From positions 1 through 32,000 of the forward strand of contig NZ_BCZP01000017.1 in the NCBI RefSeq assembly GCF_001598795.1: a DNA stretch of 32,000 nt. Direction: 5' to 3'. Shown here in pieces: positions 25,181-32,000 of this stretch (position 1 is the first letter of the stretch; each line of letters starts with the position of its first letter). Under the pieces are notes generated by a model that did no database searches, had not been told where the DNA came from, and saw nothing but the letters and a program-made list of their open reading frames with translations. Both the position numbers and the translations under genes were made by a program. Origin of the DNA: Delftia acidovorans NBRC 14950. GTDB lineage: Bacteria; Pseudomonadota; Gammaproteobacteria; Burkholderiales; Burkholderiaceae_C.

Positions 25181-25594
25181 ATGCTCGACAAGATGACTGA
25201 ACGACTGGACTTCCAGAGCAAGGCGCTGGTGCTGCGCGCCGAGCGCCAGCGTGCAATCGCCAGCAACATCGCCAATGCCGACACCCCGGGCTATGTGGCA
25301 CGCGACTTCAATTTCCGCGAGGCGCTGACGGCCGTTACCTCCGGCCCCTCGCCCATGACGCTGGCCAGCGTCAGCCAGGGCGGCCACATTCCGCTGCCTG
25401 CCGCCGCCTCGGGGCAGAGCGCGCAAAGCCATCTCGGCTACTCGGTGCAGGCCCAGACCAACATGGACAACAACACCGTGGACCTGGACCGCGAACGAGC
25501 CAACTTCGTCGACAACGCCGTGCGCTACGAAGCCACGCTGCGCTTTCTGAACGGCCAGGCCAAGACCATGCTGTCGGCCATCCAGGGCCAGTAA
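25181..25594 (+). CDS. flgB: flagellar basal-body rod protein FlgB
   Basis: Contains RQRAIASNIANADTPGY and DNNTVDLDRERANFVDNAVRYEATL. ATG 25181 with GAGG 5 nt upstream. Confidence 0.95.
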   Translation: MLDKMTERLDFQSKALVLRAERQRAIASNIANADTPGYVARDFNFREALTAVTSGPSPMTLASVSQGGHIPLPAAASGQSAQSHLGYSVQAQTNMDNNTVDLDRERANFVDNAVRYEATLRFLNGQAKTMLSAIQGQ

Positions 25595-25624
25595 GCCGGC
25601 GCCACAGACCACAGGAGCTTTCCC

Positions 25625-26029
25625 ATGTCCATGTTCTCCATCTTCAGCATCTCCGGCAGTGCCGTCAGCGCCCAATCGCAGCGCCTGAACGTCGTGGCCT
25701 CGAATCTGGCCAACGTCGATGCCGTGGCCGGCCCCGACGGCAAGGCCTACCAGGCGCGCCAGGTGGTCTTCCAGACCGTGGCCATGGGCGAGGAAGGCTC
25801 CTCTGGCGTGCGCGTCAGCGCCATCAGCCAGGACAACACGCCCGGCCGCCGCATCCACGACCCCCAGCACCCGCTGGCCGATGCCGAAGGCTATGTGACG
25901 CACTCCAACGTCAGCGCCGTGGACGAGATGGTCAACATGATCTCGGCCTCGCGCTCCTACCAGAACAACGTCGAGGTCATGAACACGACCAAGTCGCTGC
26001 TGCTCAAAACCCTGCAGATGGGCCAGTGA
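25625..26029 (+). CDS. flgC: flagellar basal-body rod protein FlgC
   Basis: Contains SAQSQRLNVVASNLANV and VDEMVNMISASRSYQNNVEVM. AGGAG RBS. Confidence 0.96.
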   Translation: MSMFSIFSISGSAVSAQSQRLNVVASNLANVDAVAGPDGKAYQARQVVFQTVAMGEEGSSGVRVSAISQDNTPGRRIHDPQHPLADAEGYVTHSNVSAVDEMVNMISASRSYQNNVEVMNTTKSLLLKTLQMGQ

Positions 26030-26063
26030 GCCCCGTCCGCACCACTTTCCAGGAGCCACTCCC

Positions 26064-26726
26064 ATGATCTATGGCGCAGGCAGCGTCGCCAGCACGGCCG
26101 ACATCAACAACAAGACCGCCACGAGCAATTCGACCACCGACCCCGCGGCGGCGCAGGACCGTTTCCTGAAGCTGCTGGTCGCGCAGTTGAACAACCAGGA
26201 TCCCATGAATCCCATGGACAACGCGCAGATGACCTCGCAGATGGCGCAGATCAACACCGTCACCGGCATCCAGCAGTTGAACAAGACCATGGAAAGCATG
26301 GCCGGCCAGTTCACCGCCATGCAGGTGCTGCAGGGCACGCAGATGATCGGCCGCACCGTGCTGACCGAAGGCAACACCCTGGGCGTGGGCAAGGAAAAGT
26401 CCTATACGGCTGCCTTCGACCTCGAAGGCCCGGCCGCCGACGTGAAGGTGCAGATCACCACCGCCAGCGGCGAGCTGGTGGACACCGTCGAGCTGGGCAG
26501 CGGCACCGCTGGCCGCAACTACTTCACCTGGGACGGCAGCAAGTACACGGGCGACGCCAGCCAGCTGCGCTACACGGTGCAGGCCACGAATGCCGACACG
26601 GTCGTGGCCTCGACCACGCTGTCGCCCCATGCGGTGCTCGCCACAGGCACCACCGACGGCAAGCTGACGCTGGAGCTGGACGACGGCACCAACGTCGCCT
26701 ACGCCTCCGTCAAGGCTGTGTACTGA
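26064..26726 (+). CDS. flgD: flagellar hook capping/assembly protein FlgD
   Basis: Contains FLKLLVAQLNNQDPMNPMDNAQMTSQMAQINTVTGI. AGGAG RBS 8 nt upstream. Confidence 0.95.
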   Translation: MIYGAGSVASTADINNKTATSNSTTDPAAAQDRFLKLLVAQLNNQDPMNPMDNAQMTSQMAQINTVTGIQQLNKTMESMAGQFTAMQVLQGTQMIGRTVLTEGNTLGVGKEKSYTAAFDLEGPAADVKVQITTASGELVDTVELGSGTAGRNYFTWDGSKYTGDASQLRYTVQATNADTVVASTTLSPHAVLATGTTDGKLTLELDDGTNVAYASVKAVY

Positions 26727-26766
26727 CACCCGCACCATCCACCCAAATACATCGCAGGAGCACACC

Positions 26767-28041
26767 ATGGGATTCCAACAAGGCCTCTCGGGTCTGAACG
26801 CCGCCAGCAAGAACCTGGACGTGATCGGCCACAACATCGCCAACGCCAACACCACGGGCTTCAAGTCCTCGCGCGCCGAGTTCGCCGAGGCCGTGGCCAG
26901 CGCCGTGGGTTCGGCCAGCGGCCAGAACAGCGGCATCGGCGTCAATGTGGCCGCCGTGACCCAGCAGTTCCGCCAGGGCCCGATCACCACCACGGGCAAC
27001 AACCTGGACGTGGCCATCAACGGCAACGGCTTCTTCGTCGTGCGCCAGCCCGACGGCAGCACGGCCTACACGCGCGCCGGCAACTTCGGCCTGGACAAGC
27101 AGGGCAACCTCAAGACCGTGCAGGGCGACAACGTCATGGGCTACCCCGTGGACGCCACCACGGGCAAGGTGCTGGCCGGCGGCCAGCCCGTGCCCATGGT
27201 CTTTCCTTCGGGCCAGCCGATCGCTGCCAAGACCACGACCAAGATCGACGTGTCGCTGAACCTCGATGCGCGCGCCACGCCCGCAGCCGGCAACTCCACC
27301 GCCACGCCCCCCGTGCCCGCCACGCCGCGCGCCACCTATGGCACCTCGATCAACGTCTATGACAGCCAGGGCGTGCCCACGCCGGTGCAGATGTACTTCG
27401 AGAAGGACGCAGCATCCAACACCTGGAAGGTCTATGACGGCCTGGACGATCCGACGGCATCGCCCCCGAAGGTCGCCACCTTGCTGACCACCCTGGTGTT
27501 CGATGCCTCCGGCAAGATCACCAGCGGCAGCCCTGTGACTGGCGTGCAGATCAAGAGCAGCAACCCCAACGCGCCCACGCCCGGCACCATCAACGGCACG
27601 GCGGGCGTGACGCTGGACTTCTCCAACGTCTCGCAGTTCGGCTCCAAGTTCGCGGTCAGCAGCCTCAAGCAGGACGGCTACACCGCAGGCGCGCTCACCG
27701 GCATCAATGTCGGCAACGATGGCTCCATCGTGGCCACCTACTCCAACGGCGTGACGCGCACCGAGGGCCAACTGGCCCTGGCCGCCTTCACCAACACCCA
27801 GGGCCTGGGCGCCGTGGGCGACAACAAGTGGGTGGAGACCTCGGATTCGGGCCCGGCCCTGAACGGCACGGCCGAGTCGGGCACCTTCGGCTCGCTGCGC
27901 TCGGGCGCGCTGGAAGACTCCAACGTGGACCTGACCGCCGAGCTGGTGAACATGATGACCGCGCAGCGTGCCTACCAGGCCAATGCCCAGACCATCAAGA
28001 CCCAGGACCAGGTCTTCTCGACCCTGGTGAACCTGCGCTGA
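26767..28041 (+). CDS. flgE: flagellar hook protein FlgE
   Basis: Starts MGFQQGLSGLNAASKNLDVIGHNIANANTTGFK and ends LTAELVNMMTAQRAYQANAQTIKTQDQVFSTLVNLR. 424 aa. Confidence 0.96.
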   Translation: MGFQQGLSGLNAASKNLDVIGHNIANANTTGFKSSRAEFAEAVASAVGSASGQNSGIGVNVAAVTQQFRQGPITTTGNNLDVAINGNGFFVVRQPDGSTAYTRAGNFGLDKQGNLKTVQGDNVMGYPVDATTGKVLAGGQPVPMVFPSGQPIAAKTTTKIDVSLNLDARATPAAGNSTATPPVPATPRATYGTSINVYDSQGVPTPVQMYFEKDAASNTWKVYDGLDDPTASPPKVATLLTTLVFDASGKITSGSPVTGVQIKSSNPNAPTPGTINGTAGVTLDFSNVSQFGSKFAVSSLKQDGYTAGALTGINVGNDGSIVATYSNGVTRTEGQLALAAFTNTQGLGAVGDNKWVETSDSGPALNGTAESGTFGSLRSGALEDSNVDLTAELVNMMTAQRAYQANAQTIKTQDQVFSTLVNLR

Positions 28042-28070
28042 TAGCCAAGAACTGAGTCAGGAGAGCCGGC

Positions 28071-28811
28071 ATGGACCGCATCATCTACACCTCCATGACG
28101 GGCGCCAACGCAGCGGCGCAGCGTCAGTCCGTGCTGGCCCACAACCTGGCCAATGCCGGCACCAACGGCTTCCGGGCCGAAATGTCCACCTTCCGCTCCG
28201 TGCCCCTGCAGGGCAGCGGCGCGGGCACGCGCGTGTTCGCGCTGGAGGCGACCTCCGGCTACGTGGACACGCCCGGCCCCACCCAGCGCACGGGCCGCGC
28301 ACTGGACGCCATGGCCATGGGCCGCGCCTGGTTCGCCGTTCAGGGCCTGGATGGCCAGGAGGCCTACACACGCAACGGCGTGTTCGAGGTCTCCCCCGAG
28401 GGCCAGCTGGTCAACAGCAACGGCCAGGCCGTGCTGTCCGACGGCGGCGGCCCCATCGACATTCCCCCCGAGTCCACGATCACGCTGGGCTCGGACGGCA
28501 CGCTGACCGCCAAGACCGGCAACCAGCTGCCCGTGGCCGTGGGCCGCGTCAAGCTGGCCACGCCGCCCGAGGACGCCGCGCTGGTGCGCGGCAATGACGG
28601 CCTGTTCCGCACGGGCGACGGCGATCCGCTGCCCAACGACGAGAACGCACGCCTGCTGTCCGGCGCCATCGAAGGCTCGAACGTGAACTCGGTGGAGACC
28701 ATGGTCGGCATGATTGCCGCCGCCCGCCAGTTCGAGACCCAGATGCGCCTGCTGCAGACGGCAGAAACCAATGACAAGACGGCCAGCCAACTCTTGAGCA
28801 TGAACGGCTGA
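28071..28811 (+). CDS. flgF: flagellar basal-body rod protein FlgF
   Basis: Contains MDRIIYTSMTGANAAAQRQSVLAHNLANAGTNGF and VETMVGMIAAARQFETQMRLL. Confidence 0.95.
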   Translation: MDRIIYTSMTGANAAAQRQSVLAHNLANAGTNGFRAEMSTFRSVPLQGSGAGTRVFALEATSGYVDTPGPTQRTGRALDAMAMGRAWFAVQGLDGQEAYTRNGVFEVSPEGQLVNSNGQAVLSDGGGPIDIPPESTITLGSDGTLTAKTGNQLPVAVGRVKLATPPEDAALVRGNDGLFRTGDGDPLPNDENARLLSGAIEGSNVNSVETMVGMIAAARQFETQMRLLQTAETNDKTASQLLSMNG

Positions 28812-28816
28812 GACAG

Positions 28817-28925
28817 ATCACCCCCTGAGCGGCTGCGCCGCTTCCCCCTGGAAGGGGGACGACGCCCTCGCTGCGGGGCGGCCCTTGCTAGGCGTCCCTG
28901 GCCTGGATCGTGCCAGTCCCGCGCG
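28817..28925 (+). repeat. GC-rich structured intergenic repeat, copy A (after flgF)
   Basis: GATCACCCCCTGAGCGGCTGCGCCGCTTCCCCCTGGAAGGGGGACGACGCCCTCGCTGCGGGGCGGCCCTTGCTAGGCGTCCCTGGCCTGG...TGCCAGT. Roughly 85-90% identical to 29775-29897 apart from one 13-14 nt indel. Three paper-foldable hairpins. Confidence 0.85.
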
Positions 28926-28988
28926 ATGTGCCAAGGATTCAAACGCTGAGACGGCGCAAGTCGCCACGGAAAACTGAAGGAAAACGCC

Positions 28989-29771
28989 ATGATCAATTCA
29001 CTGTTCATCTCCAAGACCGGCATGGAAGCCCAGCAGACCCAGCTGGACGTGATTTCCCATAACCTGGCCAACGTCTCGACCACGGGCTACAAGCGCGCCA
29101 GCGCGGTGTTCGAGGATCTGATCTACCAGAACCTGCGCCAGTCCGGTTCGCAGACGACCGAGCAGAACCAGTTGCCCACGGGCCTGCACCTGGGCCTGGG
29201 TGTGCGCACGGTGGCCACCTCGCGCAATTTCCTGCAGGGCGCCCTGCAGCAGTCCAACAATGCGCTGGACGTGGCCATCGACGGCAACGGCTTCTTCCAG
29301 GTCAACATGCCCGACGGCACCACGGCCTATACCCGTGACGGCTCCTTCCAGGTCGATGCGCAGGGCCAGCTGGTGACTGCCAGCGGCATGCCCATCGCCA
29401 ACGGCGTGACCATTCCCCAGGGCGCGACCAAGGTGTCGATCAGCCCCGAGGGCGTGGTCAGCGTGACCATGGCCGGCCAGGCCGCGCCCCAGCAGGTGGG
29501 CAATATCGCGATGAGCCAGTTCATCAATCCGGCCGGCCTGGAGCCGCGTGGCCAGAACCTGTTCACCGAGACCGCTTCCTCGGGCCAGCCCCAGCAGGGC
29601 CAGCCCGGCGTCAACGGCATGGGCATGATCAAGCAGGGCTACCTGGAAGGCTCGAACGTGAACGTGGTGCAGGAGCTGGTGACCATGATCCAGACCCAGC
29701 GCGCCTATGAAATGAATTCCAAGGCCATCACGACTTCGGACCAGATGCTGGCCAAGCTGGCGCAGCTGTAA
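28989..29771 (+). CDS. flgG: flagellar distal rod protein FlgG
   Basis: Contains [35 protein letters not shown] and [28 protein letters not shown]. 260 aa. Confidence 0.97.
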   Translation: MINSLFISKTGMEAQQTQLDVISHNLANVSTTGYKRASAVFEDLIYQNLRQSGSQTTEQNQLPTGLHLGLGVRTVATSRNFLQGALQQSNNALDVAIDGNGFFQVNMPDGTTAYTRDGSFQVDAQGQLVTASGMPIANGVTIPQGATKVSISPEGVVSVTMAGQAAPQQVGNIAMSQFINPAGLEPRGQNLFTETASSGQPQQGQPGVNGMGMIKQGYLEGSNVNVVQELVTMIQTQRAYEMNSKAITTSDQMLAKLAQL

Positions 29772-29774
29772 TCG

Positions 29775-29897
29775 ATCTCTCCCCCTGAGCGGCTTCGCCG
29801 CTTCCCCCTCTCTCGCTGCGCGGGAGGGGGACGACACCCTCGGTGCGGGGCGGCCCTTCCTCGGTGTCCCTGGGCTGGGACATGCCAGTTCTCGAGG
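29775..29897 (+). repeat. GC-rich structured intergenic repeat, copy B (after flgG)
   Basis: GATCTCTCCCCCTGAGCGGCTTCGCCGCTTCCCCCTCTCTCGCTGCGCGGGAGGGGGACGACACCCTCGGTGCGGGGCGGCCCTTCCTCGGTGTCCCTGGGCTGG...TGCCAGT. Same element as 28817-28925, with a 13-14 nt insertion in the second hairpin loop. Confidence 0.85.
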
Positions 29898-29946
29898 GTG
29901 GGGTCTGCATGCGCAGCCATGAACCATTGAACCCGGGAACATCGCC

Positions 29947-30654
29947 ATGACCCAACGAACCTTCTCCCTTTCCGCGACGGGCACATGCCTGGCGCTGGCG
30001 GCAGTCCTGTCGGGCTGCACGACGCTCAATGACCCGCCGCCCGTGGACATGCCGTCCACTGCGCCTCCCGTGCTGATGCCGGCCGCGCCCGTGGCGGGCA
30101 GCCCTACGGGCAGCCTGTTCAATGCCGCCAGCTACCGTCCCGGTTTCGAGAACCGGCGCGCGCGCCTGGTGGGGGACATGGTGACGGTGCAGATCGTGGA
30201 GCGCGTGACGGCCAGCCAGAAGTCGGATTCGGGCCTCAAGCGGTCCAACAAGACCACGGCGGGGATTTCTGCGCTGCCGCTGTTCTCGGGCAATGCGCTG
30301 GCCAATCTCAAGGACCGCTCGAACATCGGTTTCAACAACAACAACGACTACACGGGCTCGGGCTCGACGTCGAGCGACAACACGTTCACGGGCGCCATCA
30401 GCACGACGGTGGTCGATGTGCTGCCCAACGGCCATCTGGTGATCGCCGGAGAAAAGCAGATCGGCGTGAACCACAACGTGGATGTGCTGCGCTTCACGGG
30501 CACGGTGGACCCGCGCACCATGCAGCCCGGCAGCCTGGTCGCATCGACCCAGGTGGCCAATGTGCGCGTGGAATCGCGCAGCCGCGGACAGGCCGGGGAA
30601 GCGCAGTCAATTGGCTGGTTGTCCCGGTTCTTTTTGAACGTTATGCCGTTCTGA
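29947..30654 (+). CDS. flgH: flagellar L-ring lipoprotein FlgH
   Basis: Lipobox LAAVLSGC. Contains RARLVGDMVTVQIVE and VVDVLPNGHLVIAGEKQIGVNHNVDVLRFTGTVDPR. Confidence 0.96.
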   Translation: MTQRTFSLSATGTCLALAAVLSGCTTLNDPPPVDMPSTAPPVLMPAAPVAGSPTGSLFNAASYRPGFENRRARLVGDMVTVQIVERVTASQKSDSGLKRSNKTTAGISALPLFSGNALANLKDRSNIGFNNNNDYTGSGSTSSDNTFTGAISTTVVDVLPNGHLVIAGEKQIGVNHNVDVLRFTGTVDPRTMQPGSLVASTQVANVRVESRSRGQAGEAQSIGWLSRFFLNVMPF

Positions 30655-30674
30655 TTCTCCGGAGAATGGACAGC

Positions 30675-31823
30675 ATGAAAGTACTGTCCATGCTCCTGAC
30701 ATTGCGCCAAGCGCAGCGCCCCTTCTGGGTTGCAGCCGCCCTCGGCGCCAGCATGCTGACCCTGCCGGCGCATGCAACACGCATCAAAGAGGTCGCTGCC
30801 ATCCAGGGCGTGCGCAGCAACCAGTTGACCGGCTACGGTCTGGTGGTCGGCCTCGACGGCACGGGCGACCAGACCACCCAGATGCCCTACACCAAGCAGG
30901 CCCTGGCCAATTACCTGGAGCAGATGGGCATCTCGCTGCCCGCCACAGGCAATTCGGGCCAGCTGCAGCTCAAGAACGTGGCGGCCGTGATCGTCACCGC
31001 CGAACTGCCGGCCTTTGCCCAGCCGGGCCAGGCCATCGACGTGGTGGTCTCCTCCGTGGGCAATGCCAAGTCGCTCAAGGGCGGCACCCTGGTGGCCACG
31101 CCGCTGCGCGGCGCCGATGGCGAGATCTATGCGCTGGCCCAGGGCAACCTCGTGGTCGGCGGCGCCGGCGCCTCGGCCGGCGGCTCCAAGGTACAGATCA
31201 ACCACCTGAGCGCCGGCCGCGTGCCGCAGGGCGCCCAGGTCGAGCGCGCCGTTCCCACCCCGATCAATGAAGGCGACAGCATCACGCTGGGCCTGAACGC
31301 CACCGATTTCCAGACCGCCGACAAGGTGGTGCGCGCCATCAACCAGCGCATGGGCCAGGGCGTGGCACAGGCGCTGGACGGGCGCACCGTGCGCGTGTCC
31401 GCGCCCCAGGACCCGGGATCGCGCGTACGCATGATCGCCGAGATCCAGGAGATGCCGATCGAGACCTCCAAGCCCTCGGCCAAGGTCGTGATCAATGCAC
31501 GCACGGGCTCCATCGTGCTCAACCAGGCCGTGACCCTGGGCCCCTGCGCCATCGCCCACGGCAACCTGGCCATCACCATCAGCACCACGCCGGTGATCAG
31601 CCAGCCCGGCGCCTTCTCGCAGGGCCAGACCGTGGTGGCCCAGAAGTCCGACATCCAGATCAAGCAGGAGCCCGGCAACATCATCAATATGCCCGGCTCC
31701 CCGCAATTGACCGACGTGGTGCGCGCACTCAACACGCTGGGCGCCACGCCCCAGGACCTGCTGGCCATCCTGCAGGCCATCAAGGCAGCAGGCGCCCTCA
31801 ACGCCGAACTGGAGGTGATATGA
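30675..31823 (+). CDS. flgI: flagellar P-ring protein FlgI
   Basis: Signal peptide ending PAHA, then RIKEVAAIQGVRSNQLTGYGLVVGLDGTGDQ. ATG 30675 lies 10 nt after GGAG, whereas the track start 30666 is only 1 nt from it. The stop overlaps the flgJ start (ATGA). Confidence 0.95.
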   Translation: MKVLSMLLTLRQAQRPFWVAAALGASMLTLPAHATRIKEVAAIQGVRSNQLTGYGLVVGLDGTGDQTTQMPYTKQALANYLEQMGISLPATGNSGQLQLKNVAAVIVTAELPAFAQPGQAIDVVVSSVGNAKSLKGGTLVATPLRGADGEIYALAQGNLVVGGAGASAGGSKVQINHLSAGRVPQGAQVERAVPTPINEGDSITLGLNATDFQTADKVVRAINQRMGQGVAQALDGRTVRVSAPQDPGSRVRMIAEIQEMPIETSKPSAKVVINARTGSIVLNQAVTLGPCAIAHGNLAITISTTPVISQPGAFSQGQTVVAQKSDIQIKQEPGNIINMPGSPQLTDVVRALNTLGATPQDLLAILQAIKAAGALNAELEVI

Positions 31824-32000
31824 GCATCGCACTTCCCAATGGATCGCAGACTGCGGCCAGCAATGCGCTGGCGGCCGACGCCCGGTCCCTCAACGCACTC
31901 AAATTCGCGGCCGGCGAGAACAGTCCGCAGGCAGCGAAGGAAACCGCCAAGCAGCTGGAATCGCTGTTCATGCGCGAGATGATCAAGAGCATGCGCGAGG
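31820..32000 (+). CDS. flgJ: flagellar rod assembly protein/peptidoglycan hydrolase FlgJ, N-terminal fragment (continues past window end)
   Basis: My own translation from ATG 31820: MSIALPNGSQTAASNALAADARSLNALKFAAGENSPQAAKETAKQLESLFMREMIKSMRE. LESLFMREMIKSMR is the FlgJ rod-binding N-domain signature. It is absent from the ORF track because no stop falls in the window. Confidence 0.85.
   Translation, partial: MSIALPNGSQTAASNALAADARSLNALKFAAGENSPQAAKETAKQLESLFMREMIKSMRE

Noticed and set aside
25151-31832. Long minus-strand ORFs opposite flgB-flgI (25151-26065, 26004-27062, 26710-27771, 27972-28790, 28364-29083, 28998-30122, 29728-30474, 30348-31832)
   Set aside because: They lie antisense to the rod, hook and ring genes, which carry canonical N- and C-terminal flagellar axial-protein motifs. 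Two of them read through the intergenic repeats only because those repeats lack stops.

Overview
High-GC (about 65%) proteobacterial motility supercluster. Gene order and protein sequences look Burkholderiales/Comamonadaceae-like, but that taxon call is inference only. The window is almost fully coding, and the content from left to right is:
(1) an ABC-F ATPase (Uup-like, + strand), ending at a bidirectional terminator;
(2) a minus-strand chemotaxis operon, cheZ-like / cheY / cheA / cheW / cheR / cheD / cheB, with no receptor gene;
(3) a divergent two-gene signalling pair: a sensor-less REC-HisKA_3-HATPase hybrid kinase plus a NarL/LuxR-type response regulator;
(4) minus-strand fliLMNOPQR;
(5) minus-strand fliFGHIJK;
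(6) fliE, divergent from fliF;
(7) a 437-bp non-coding convergent spacer;
(8) minus-strand flgA-flgM-flgN;
(9) plus-strand flgBCDEFGHI and the start of flgJ, which runs off the right edge.
I found no rRNA, intact tRNA, CRISPR array, transposase or integrase. The many 200-980 aa ORFs in the six-frame track that lie antisense to these genes are high-GC shadow ORFs.
I see no convincing wholly new multi-gene system. This is a conventional flagellar/chemotaxis region carrying several unexplained or unusual details:
- two copies of a structured GC-rich repeat bracketing flgG, with a compensatory stem substitution between the copies;
- a short CheZ-like protein at the head of the che operon;
- near-identical C-terminal tails (GSV[D/E]LF, 19/21 nt identical) on CheD and the CheZ-like protein;
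- the sensor-less hybrid kinase pair wedged between the che and fli operons;
- the repeat-rich 437-bp spacer with a 31-nt all-purine tract.
All promoter, terminator and motif calls were read by eye and need computational or experimental confirmation.
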